From an uncultured Spirochaetota bacterium (lineage in GTDB: Bacteria > Spirochaetota > Spirochaetia > SZUA-6 > CAVTHK01), in the NCBI GenBank assembly GCA_963734495.1, contig CAVTHK010000010.1, forward strand, positions 192,001 through 256,000: a stretch of 64,000 bases of DNA, read 5' to 3'. Of the stretch, positions 1-9,139 are shown one piece after another (within the stretch, counting starts at the first letter, position 1; every line of letters starts with the position of its first letter). Made by a program: the position numbers and the translations under genes. Under the pieces are notes generated by a model. That model saw only the letters and a program-made list of their open reading frames with translations. It made no database searches and was not told the DNA's origin.

Positions 1-1
1 C

Positions 2-2902
2 TCGTTCCTGCAGGAGCAGGCGGAAAAGCTGGGTGTCGACATCGAGGGCGAGTTCGGCGAGATGGCGCTCGCGTCGCGGCGGCCCTCGAAGCTCGGCGAC
101 CGCTGCACGGTGTTCATGGAGAGCGACCTGAACTCGCACCAGCAGAAGGGCGCCGCCAAGCCGGACCTGGTCGGCGGCCTCGCGTACTCGATCGTGCAGA
201 ACTACCTGCAGAAGGTCGTGGGCGCGAAGCGCATCGGCGAGCACATCCTGTTCCAGGGCGGCGTGACCAACAATCCTTCCGTGGTCGCCGCGTTCGAAAA
301 GGTGACGCGGAAGAAGATCGTCGTCCCACCTCATTTCGACGTCACCGGCGCGATCGGCGCCGCCATGCTGGCGCGCGACGAAGTGCGCCGCACCGGGCGC
401 GGGACGAAGTTCAAGGGCTTTGAGGTGAGCAAGGTCCCGTACTCCATGGCCCGGTTCGCGTGCGACAAGTGCGACAACCGCTGCGACGTCCACAAGGTGA
501 AGATCGAAGGGAGCCGGGCCCTGTTCTACGGCGACCGCTGCGACCGCTACCAGCCGTCGGAAGTGCAGGAGGAGAAAGAGCAGAGGCGGAGGGAGATCCC
601 GAACCCGGTCCGGCTGCGCGAGAAGCTTCTGCTCGGAGACTACCGGGACGAGCCGCCGCAGCGCCAAGGGCGGCCGACGATCGGGATCCCGAGAGCGCTC
701 ATGGCGTACTACCAGAGCTTTCCCTACTGGCGCGCCTTCTTCGAGGAGCTCGGGTTGCGGGTCGTTCTCTCGCCGCCCACGGACCGTCCCATGGTCACCC
801 GGTCCCTCAGCATGCTCTGCGCCGAGACCTGTTTCCCCGTGGAGGTCGTGCACGGCCACGTGCGCGCGCTGCTCGAGGCCGGGGCCGACCACGTCTTCAT
901 GCCCTTCGTCGTCGACAACCCGGCCGAGAGCGGCGATCCGACGCTCGCCTACAGCTGTCCGTGGGTCCAGTCGTACCCCTTCATGATCCGCGGGGCGATG
1001 CGGGGGGAGCAGGCGCAGAGCAGGCTCCTGCTGCCGGCGGTCCACTTCCGCTACACGCGTGCGAAGCTGCTCGACGACCTCACCGCCTTTGCGAGACGGT
1101 CCTTCGGCGCGGGCCGCCGGCAGGTCGAGACCGCTGCTCGCGCGGCCGAGGAGGCCCAGCGCGGGTTCGAGCGCGCGCTCCGCGACGAAGGGCGCAGGAT
1201 CCTGGCTGACCTGCCCGCGGACAGGCAGGCCGCCGTGATCCTGGGCCGGCCGTACAACATCGGCGACCGGGAGCTGAACCTCGGTCTCGTCGAGAAGCTC
1301 ATCGACCTCGGGGTGCAGCCGATTCCTCTGGACTTCCTCGCCCTGAATGAGAAGCTGGCGGAGATCCACCGCGACTACGACATGATGTACTGGCCGAACG
1401 GACAGAAGATCCTGGCCGCCGCGCGCCTGGTCGCGGAGAGCGATCGGCTGCACGCGGTCTACCTGAGCAACTTCCGCTGCGGCCCCGACTCCTTCCTGCT
1501 GCACTACGTGAGGGAGGAGATGCGCGGCAAGCCCTACCTGCAGTTGGAGGTCGACGAGCACAGCGCGGACGCCGGGCTGATCACCAGGTGCGAAGCCTTT
1601 CTCGACAGCCTGAAAGGCAAGGTGAAGGTTGAAGGCAGGCCCCGCAAGAGCTCTGTGCTCGCGGTGACCAGGGCTTCCCCGTCGGCGGGCCGGACGCTGT
1701 ACTTCCCCTACATGTGCGACACGGCCCACGTGCTGGCCGCCGCCTCGCGGGCCTGCGGCATGGACGCCGCGGTGCTGCCCATGCAGGACGCGCAGGACCT
1801 CGAATGGGGCCGCAGGTACACCTCGTCGCGCGAATGCTTTCCCATGATCTGCACGACGGGCAGCTTTCTCAGGAAGCTTGCGGAGCCCGGGGTCGACCCC
1901 GCGAAGGTCTCCTTCTTCATGCCCTCCCACAGCGGACCGTGCCGGTTCGGGCAGTACAGGAAGCTCCAGCGCATCATCCTGGCGAACCTCGGCTTCCGTG
2001 ACGTCGAGATCGTCTCGCCGGACAACCGCAACTCCTACGCCGACTTCACCAATGGGCGCGGCCTGGCATTCCGTCTGCTGGCATGGAAAGGCCTGGTGTC
2101 CGCTGAGCTGCTCGGAAAGCTGCGGCAGGAACGCGAGCCCTACGAGGCCGTGCCCGGCGAGGTCGCGAAGGTCTACCAGGAGCAGCTCGAGAGGCTCGTG
2201 CGATCCGTCGAGGCGGGAGCCCGAAGGACTCCGCGCGTCCTCAGGGAGGCTGGCGACGCTTTCAAGGGGATCAGGATGCGCGAGATGCCCCGCAAACCGG
2301 TTGTGGCCGTGGTCGGGGAGATCTTCATGCGGGACAACCCGTTCTGCAGCGCGTACCTGCGCCAGCGTCTGGAGCAGATGGGCGCGGAGACCGTCATGGC
2401 GCCGGTGCGGGAGTGGATCGAGTGCGCCACGGCGCGCTGGGCAGAGGAGAGCCGGTGGCGCGGCGAGCCGCTCAACACGTTGAAGGCGAGGGCCCAGGGC
2501 TGGTTCCAGCGCCGGATCGGGGTGATGCTCGAGCACGGCATAGCGGATGCGGTCGAAACGGAGCGGATCATCGATGTCGCGGAGATCCTGGAGCTCTGCG
2601 ATCCCTACATCCACAGGGATTACGTCGGAGATCCTCCCCTCGCCCTCGGGGCGGCGGCGGGCCTGGCGAGAACGGGCGTGTCCGGGGTTGCGGCGATCCT
2701 GCCGTTCACCTGTCTGCCCGGCACCATCGTGGCATCTCTTTCCCCCGGTTTCCGAAAGGACCACGGTGACATGCCGTGGGTCGACATAGCCTACGACGGG
2801 CAGGAGGACACGGGCATCGAGACGCGCCTCGAGGCATTCATGCACCAGGCGAGGGAATACTGCCTCCGGATGGGGTACGACGAGCCGCGTGTCTGGGCCT
2901 GA
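2..2902 (+). CDS. Acyl-CoA dehydratase activase (BadF/BcrA-type ATPase fused to DUF2229/dehydratase-like domains), 5' truncated by window edge
   Basis: Open frame from base 2 (SFLQEQAEKLG..), RCTVFMES, FQGG..N, GAIGAA, CxxCxNxC..GxRC, ETCFP, GRPYN, NFxCGPDS, EVDEH...TRCEAF, PFTCLPG motifs. Confidence 0.85.
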   Translation, partial: SFLQEQAEKLGVDIEGEFGEMALASRRPSKLGDRCTVFMESDLNSHQQKGAAKPDLVGGLAYSIVQNYLQKVVGAKRIGEHILFQGGVTNNPSVVAAFEKVTRKKIVVPPHFDVTGAIGAAMLARDEVRRTGRGTKFKGFEVSKVPYSMARFACDKCDNRCDVHKVKIEGSRALFYGDRCDRYQPSEVQEEKEQRRREIPNPVRLREKLLLGDYRDEPPQRQGRPTIGIPRALMAYYQSFPYWRAFFEELGLRVVLSPPTDRPMVTRSLSMLCAETCFPVEVVHGHVRALLEAGADHVFMPFVVDNPAESGDPTLAYSCPWVQSYPFMIRGAMRGEQAQSRLLLPAVHFRYTRAKLLDDLTAFARRSFGAGRRQVETAARAAEEAQRGFERALRDEGRRILADLPADRQAAVILGRPYNIGDRELNLGLVEKLIDLGVQPIPLDFLALNEKLAEIHRDYDMMYWPNGQKILAAARLVAESDRLHAVYLSNFRCGPDSFLLHYVREEMRGKPYLQLEVDEHSADAGLITRCEAFLDSLKGKVKVEGRPRKSSVLAVTRASPSAGRTLYFPYMCDTAHVLAAASRACGMDAAVLPMQDAQDLEWGRRYTSSRECFPMICTTGSFLRKLAEPGVDPAKVSFFMPSHSGPCRFGQYRKLQRIILANLGFRDVEIVSPDNRNSYADFTNGRGLAFRLLAWKGLVSAELLGKLRQEREPYEAVPGEVAKVYQEQLERLVRSVEAGARRTPRVLREAGDAFKGIRMREMPRKPVVAVVGEIFMRDNPFCSAYLRQRLEQMGAETVMAPVREWIECATARWAEESRWRGEPLNTLKARAQGWFQRRIGVMLEHGIADAVETERIIDVAEILELCDPYIHRDYVGDPPLALGAAAGLARTGVSGVAAILPFTCLPGTIVASLSPGFRKDHGDMPWVDIAYDGQEDTGIETRLEAFMHQAREYCLRMGYDEPRVWA

Positions 2903-3072
2903 GGGCCGCAAGGCGGCAGGCGAGCTTTCCCTGCCCGCTCATCCATGCTACGATCCCCGCGACATCCCGCTCTCGTCGTTGCGGCTGACGGCGACGGAGG
3001 CGCCCGCGCGATTCGCAGCTCGCGACAAGCACTGCGCGGCGCGGGCATGCGCAGAAAGCAGGGGCCGCCGTT

Positions 3073-3285
3073 ATGGAAAGTTACCGGGGCATGAGCTTCG
3101 ACGTGCAGATCGAGGAGGTGGCCGGCCGGGGCTTCACCGTGCAGGCGATCATCTTCGAGGAATGCCAGGACGGCCTGACGCTCCGGCACGTCGTCGGAAG
3201 CCCCAGCGCGATCCTGAAGAGCCGCGACGATGCCAGGGCCCTCTCGGAAGACCTGGCCAGGGAGTGGATCACCGAGAACACGTGA
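3073..3285 (+). CDS. Hypothetical protein, 70 aa
   Basis: Coding-like GC3 bias and globular-looking composition; fills an intergenic gap; no family recognised. Confidence 0.55.
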   Translation: MESYRGMSFDVQIEEVAGRGFTVQAIIFEECQDGLTLRHVVGSPSAILKSRDDARALSEDLAREWITENT

Positions 3286-3355
3286 TCCGAGGTTCGCCGG
3301 CGAGTTGCCTCTCCGCACGAAGCGTCATTATGCTGGACGCATCGATGCGGAGGAG

Positions 3356-6071
3356 ATGATGTCAGAAAGTACGGCTTCCCGCCGGCGCGCGCCGGCGAGG
3401 CGAACGCTGTGGATCGCAGCAGGCGCCGCAGTCCTGCTGGGGGGCTGCCTGTCGCTGGGGTCGCGCGAGGCTTCGACGCGGTCCGGCGGCGTCGTGCGGG
3501 CGACGCTCGACAACGGCCTGCAGGTCGTCCTGGTGCGCAGCCCTCTCGCGCCCGTGGTCACGCAGCAGGTCACATATCTCGCCGGAGGCAACCAGTCGCC
3601 GGCGGGGTTCCCCGGAACCGCCCACGCCGTCGAGCACATGATGTTCCGCGGCTCACCGGGGCTCTCCGGAGACCAGCTCTCCCAGATCTCCGCGCAGCTC
3701 GGCGGCGACGAGAACGCCTACACCACCCCCACGACGACGACCTTCTATTTTACTGTCCCCTCAGGGGACCTGGACACGATCCTGAGGATCGAGGCCCTTC
3801 GCATGCGAGGGGTCGACATGCGGTCCGAGGACTGGGACACGGAGCGCGGCGCGATCGAGCAGGAAGTGGCCCGGGACAACTCGAACCCTTTCTACGTCCT
3901 CGAGGCGAAGGCCCGTGAGCGCATCTTCGCGGGAACGCCTTATGCCGACACCGGCCTGGGCACCAAGCCCTCGTTCGACGCGACGACCGCGGAGACGCTC
4001 AAGTCCTTTCACGACACGTGGTATGCGCCCGACAACGCCTTGCTCGTCATCGCCGGCGACATCGACCCGCAGTCCGTGCTCGCGAGCGTGAAGTCCCTGT
4101 TCGGCCCGATACCGCGCAAGACGGTCCCATCGCGGCCGCAGCCCGTCTTCCAGGACGTGCAGCCGGACGTGTTCCGCTCGACCACCGACCAGGCAAGCGG
4201 GACGGTGGCGTTCGTGTTCCGCACGCCGGGGTACAGGAGTCCCGACTTCCCGGCGGTCCAGATCCTGTCGCAGGTGCTGGACTCGCCGCGCGGCGCCATA
4301 TCCGCGCTGACCTACGACGGGAAAGCGCTCGGCTCGGGCTTCTTCCAGCAGACATTCCCCGACACGGGGCTGGCGATCGCGTACGCGGCGTTCCCCAGAG
4401 GCGCTGACGCCGAGGCGCTGCGGCAGGAGCTCCGGAGCGCCGTCGAGAAGGCAGGATCGGGAATCACGCGTGATCTCGTCGATGCGGAGCGCCGGCGCGT
4501 GGTTCTCGACGCGCGGCTGCGCAATGGGTCCATCTCGGATCTCGCCCGGTCGTGGTCGGACGCGGTGGCCCTCGAGGGCCTGGACTCGCCCGACCGCGAG
4601 GTGGCGATGCTCGAGCGGGTCAACGCCGGCGCCGTACAGCGGGCAGCCCGCGACTACCATCAGCTTCGACCACGCCATGACCCTCGTGCTCACGCCGGGA
4701 GCGGAGTCGGAGACCGCCGGCGGCGGGCAGGTCTTCGGGACGGCCGAATCGTTCGCTTCCACGCCGGAAAAGCCTGTCGAGCTGCCGGACTGGGCGGCAG
4801 CGGCGCTCGCAAAGCTCCCCCACCCGCAGCCGCTTTTCCAGCCGACCGTCTCGGAGCTGCCCAACGGCGTCCGGCTGATCGTCCAGCCTCTTCCGGGAAG
4901 CGGCGCGGTGAGCCTCTCGGGGAGCGTTCACACGGATGAGAAGCTGCAGGCGCCCGCCGGAAAGGACGGCGTGAGCGACCTGATGAACACCCTCCTCGAC
5001 TGGGGTCCGCGGAACATGTCGCGATCGCAGTTCGAGGCCGCGATGGACGGCATCGGCGCCGAGTACTCGACCGGCACCAGGTTCTCGCTCCAGGCCCTTC
5101 CCCCGTACTTCGACAGGGGCGTGCAGCTCATGGCCCGGGACCTGCTGGACCCGTCGTTCCCCGCCGACGCCTTCGCGAGCCAGAAGCGCGCCCAGGCTCA
5201 GCAGGCCCAGGGGCGGGTGTCGAGCCCGCGCTACCGGTTCGGCCAGGCCGTCCGCCAATCGCTCGTGCCGGAGGGCGATCCCTCGACGCGCTCCGCCACG
5301 CCGCAGACGATCGATTCCCTCACGCTCGAAGACGTTCGCGCGTATCATCGCAGCGTCGTGCGTCCCGACGAGACGACGATCGTCGTGATGGGCGACATCG
5401 ACCCCGAAGCGGCCCGGCAGATCGTGTCGAGGCACTTCGGAGGCTGGAAAGCCGAAGGTCCCAGGCCCGTGCTCGATTACCCGCAGGTCCCGGCCTCCCG
5501 CCCCGGCGTCGTCTTCGTTCCCGACCCCGTGAGCGAGCAGGACGAGGTGGTGCTGGCCGAAACCGTGGCGCTCGACTACAACGCTCCGGACCATTACGCG
5601 CTGCAGCTCGGGAACGAGTTTCTCGGCGGCGCCAGTTTCGCGAGCCCGCTCTATCGCGAGCTGAGGGTCAAGCGGGGACTGGTCTACAGCGTGGAATCGT
5701 CGACGAGCTTCACGCGCAGCCGCGGCCTCTTCTCCCTCAGCTTCGGCGCCTACCCGGACAAAGTCGACGAAGCCGCGCAGCTTGCGGTCCAGGTGGTGCA
5801 GTCCATGGCGAGCGCGCCGCTCTCCGAGCAGGACCTTCACCTGGCAAAGGCCCAGGCCCTGCGGCAGATCGAGCTCACGAGCCAGACGGTGTCGGCGATC
5901 GCGGATCAGTGGCTGGGATACAGTGAAGAAGGACTCTCGCTCAACCGCCTCTACGAGGTCGCGGCCCGCTACGAGGCACTGACTGCGGCGGAAATTCAGC
6001 AGGCCTTCGGCAAGTACCTCGACACCTCGCGGTTGTCGCGATTCGTGCTGGGCCGGCCGCTCCCGAAGTAG
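3356..6071 (+). CDS. M16 (pitrilysin-family) zinc peptidase, predicted lipoprotein; one +1 frameshift near 4657
   Basis: GGAGGAG RBS, lipobox LLGGC, inverted Zn motif HAVEH, NAYT, E..AIEQE; second half in another frame (LPNGVRL, YRELRVKRGLVY); removing one C in GACTACCATC joins the frames. Confidence 0.85.
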
Positions 6072-6090
6072 CGGCGGAGCACGCCGCCCT

Positions 6091-7563
6091 TCAGCCCGAG
6101 GTTTCGGGCGGAGGCGCCTTGAGCAGCCGGGGCGGGAGGAAAGCGACCGCGATCACGGAGAGACCGGCAAGGCCGACGAAGAGCACGAACAGCCCGTGGA
6201 GGCCCGCGGCGAGGGCGTCCCGCGCCCCCTCGCCGGCCGCGCGGGCGGGCGGGTCCGACGCGGAGGCCAGCGTCGTCGCCGCGACCGGCGCCGCGGCGGC
6301 CGCGGCAGCGATCCCCCGGTTGAGCCACGAGCCGAAGAACGCGACGCCGGTCGTCTGGCCCAGGGCACGGACGAAGGAGTTGGACGCGGTGGACGAGCCC
6401 CGCAGCTCCCAGGGAACGACGGTCTGCACCGTCAGAAGAAACGTGTTGAAGGCGAAGCCGAACCCGCCGCCCATCAGGATCATCAGCGGAACAAAGACCC
6501 ACGGCGGCGTGCGGGGGGTCACCGTGGCGAGCCCGAGGGAACCCGCGAGGACGGCGGCCGCGCCGACGCCGGCGGTCAACCGCGGGCTCGTCCGCGTGAG
6601 CAGCCGCGCGCAGATCGTGGCCGCCACGGGCCAGGCGATCGAAGAGGGGATCAGGGTGAGCCCGGAGCTGGTCGCCTTGTAGCCCAGGACATCCTGCACC
6701 CAGAGCGGAAGGTACGCGTTCGAGCCGATCAGGATCGCGCTCATCACCAGCGTTCCGAGGTTGGATACGGTGATCTCCTTCCAGGCGAACAGCTTGACGG
6801 GGACGATCGGCTCGCTCGCCCGCGTCTGGATCAGCGCGAACGCTCCGAGAAAGATCGCCGCCACGGCGAGAAGCCCGAGGGCCTCCGGCGAGCCCCACGC
6901 GTAACGCTGCCCGCCGGTGAGCAGCGCCATCAGGAGCGCGCACATGCCCACCGTGAACGCGACGGCGCCCGCGTAGTCGATGCGGTGCTTCCGGCGCGCA
7001 ACGCTCTCGTGAAAGAAGAGCGCTATCAGGCCGATCGCGACGAGGCCGAAGGGCACGTTCACGAAGAAGACCCAGTGCCACGAGAGGTTGTCCACGAGGA
7101 ATCCGCCCAGCAGGGGTCCGACGATGCTCGCCACGCCCCATATGGAGCTGAGGAGCCCCTGGACGCGGCCCCGCTCGGCGAGCTCGTAGATGTCTCCGAC
7201 GATCGTGATCGAAACCGGCAGCACGGCCCCGGCCCCGATCCCCTGCAGCGCGCGGGACGCGATCAGCGCCGGCATGGATTGCGACAGGCCGCAGAGCGCG
7301 GAGCCCGCGAGAAAGAGCACGGTGCCCGCCATCACGATCATCTTGCGGCCGACGAGGTCGGCGAGCTTCCCGAAGATGGGGGTCGTGACCGCCATGGTCA
7401 GCAGGTAGACGGCGAAGACCCAGCTGATGAGCGACACTCCCCCGAGGTCGGCCGCGATCCGCGGCATCGCGGTCGCGATGACGGTGACCTCGATCGCGGC
7501 GAGAAAGGAGAGGAGCATGATGGCCGCGGTGACGAAGCCCCGGTTGGTCCTGCTTGCCGTCAT
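6091..7563 (-). CDS. MFS drug:H+ antiporter, DHA2 (14-TM) family
   Basis: Motif A GKLADLVGRK, SRALQGIGAG, GPLLGG, WHWVFFVNVP; about 14 hydrophobic segments. Confidence 0.9.
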   Translation of the reverse strand: MTASRTNRGFVTAAIMLLSFLAAIEVTVIATAMPRIAADLGGVSLISWVFAVYLLTMAVTTPIFGKLADLVGRKMIVMAGTVLFLAGSALCGLSQSMPALIASRALQGIGAGAVLPVSITIVGDIYELAERGRVQGLLSSIWGVASIVGPLLGGFLVDNLSWHWVFFVNVPFGLVAIGLIALFFHESVARRKHRIDYAGAVAFTVGMCALLMALLTGGQRYAWGSPEALGLLAVAAIFLGAFALIQTRASEPIVPVKLFAWKEITVSNLGTLVMSAILIGSNAYLPLWVQDVLGYKATSSGLTLIPSSIAWPVAATICARLLTRTSPRLTAGVGAAAVLAGSLGLATVTPRTPPWVFVPLMILMGGGFGFAFNTFLLTVQTVVPWELRGSSTASNSFVRALGQTTGVAFFGSWLNRGIAAAAAAAPVAATTLASASDPPARAAGEGARDALAAGLHGLFVLFVGLAGLSVIAVAFLPPRLLKAPPPETSG

Positions 7564-7652
7564 GGGCCTTGAATATAGCATTGCCGCTGGAGGGAGCGGA
7601 CGGCTGTTCGCGCCAGTTGGCGGCGGCGCCCGCTAATGTGCATTATCGAGCC

Positions 7653-9074
7653 ATGGAACAGGGACCGCTCAGCACGCACGACAAGGCGCTCCAGATCAAC
7701 ATCGACGCGTCCCGTTACGGAACGTTCGCCGAGATCGGAGCGGGCCAGGAGGTCGCGCGCTGGTTCTTCCACGTCGGCGGCGCGGCCGGCACGGTCGCGA
7801 AGACGATCTCGGCCTACGACATGGCTGTCTCGGACGCGATCTACGGCTCGACACCCCGCTACGTCAGCCGGCAGCGGCTGCAGGCGATGCTGGACTACGA
7901 GTGGCGGCTCATGCTCGAGCGCCTGGGCGCGGAGCGGGGCGATTCGACGACCTTCTTCGTGTTCGCGGACACGGTGGCGGCCAAGAGCTACACGAGGCAC
8001 GAAGAGGGACAGGGGTGGCTGGGCATCCGGTTCCAGACCGAGAAGAACGGCCCCGCGTCCGAGATCATCATCCACGCGCGGATGTGGGACCTCGAGAACG
8101 CGCGGCAGCAGGAGGCCCTGGGCATCCTCGGCGTGAACCTGATCCACGGCGCGTTCTACGGCTCGAGCGATCCGCCCGCGCTCGTGCGCGCCCTCATGGA
8201 CGGGTTGACGCGCGACCGGATGGAAGTGGACATGATCAAGCTCACGGGCCCCGCGTTCGCCGGCGTGGACAACCGCCTGATGAGCCTCCGCCTCGTCGAG
8301 CAGCGGCTGACGAACGCCGTGATGTTCGGCCCCGACGGGGACGTGGTCGAGCCCGCGGAGCTTCTCTACCACAAGCCCGTGCTGATCGAGCGCGGGAGCT
8401 TCCACCCCATCACCCGGGTGACGCTGGACATGCAGGAACGATCGCTGGAGCAGATGCGAGAGGCCCCGGACATGGCCGGCCGCGAGCCCGTCGTGCTGAT
8501 GGAGATGACCCTGCGGAACCTGCTCAGTCTCGGCACCGAGGTAGAGCCTGCGGACTTCCTGGCGCGGATGGACACGCTGTGCGCGCTCGGGAAGACCGTG
8601 ATGATCTCCAACTACTCGCGCTTCCACAATGTCACCGGCTACCTCCGCCGCTACACCAACGAGCGCATCGTGATGGCGCTCGGAGTCCCGACGCTCGCGC
8701 TCCTGCTGGAGGATCGCCACTACCGCGACCTGGGCGGCGGACTGCTCGAGGCGCTGGGCCGCCTGTTCAGCGGCCCCGTCACGCTGTTCATCTACCCATG
8801 GCAGAACAACCACACCGGAGAGCGCGTGACAGCGGAAACGTTCACGGTGCGCGAGAACGACCGGCACCTCTACGCCTATCTTCTGGAAAACCACCTGATC
8901 GAGCCGATCCGCAGGTACACGGAGGCAGACCTCTCCATTCTCCCTGGCCACGTCCTGCTGAGCCTGCAGAAAGGCGACCCCGCATGGGAGCAGCAGGTCC
9001 CGGAGGCGGTGGTCGAGATCATCAAGGCAAGGGGACTCTTCGGCTACCGCTCGGAGCGGCGGGGAGCGGCATAG
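7653..9074 (+). CDS. Conserved protein with a nucleotidyltransferase-like C-terminal half (family often mislabelled 'TonB-dependent receptor')
   Basis: YGTFAEIGAGQEVARWFF..GGAAGTVAKTISAYDM N-terminus; ERGSFHPIT; C-terminal WEQQVP..V..II..GLFGY resembles NadD-type ends; family assignment from recall. Confidence 0.65.
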   Translation: MEQGPLSTHDKALQINIDASRYGTFAEIGAGQEVARWFFHVGGAAGTVAKTISAYDMAVSDAIYGSTPRYVSRQRLQAMLDYEWRLMLERLGAERGDSTTFFVFADTVAAKSYTRHEEGQGWLGIRFQTEKNGPASEIIIHARMWDLENARQQEALGILGVNLIHGAFYGSSDPPALVRALMDGLTRDRMEVDMIKLTGPAFAGVDNRLMSLRLVEQRLTNAVMFGPDGDVVEPAELLYHKPVLIERGSFHPITRVTLDMQERSLEQMREAPDMAGREPVVLMEMTLRNLLSLGTEVEPADFLARMDTLCALGKTVMISNYSRFHNVTGYLRRYTNERIVMALGVPTLALLLEDRHYRDLGGGLLEALGRLFSGPVTLFIYPWQNNHTGERVTAETFTVRENDRHLYAYLLENHLIEPIRRYTEADLSILPGHVLLSLQKGDPAWEQQVPEAVVEIIKARGLFGYRSERRGAA

Positions 9075-9139
9075 CCGCCTGGCCGGCCGGCGCGCGCGCG
9101 GCCCCTCGGCGCAGCGAGCGCGCCCCAGTCCGCCGCGCG

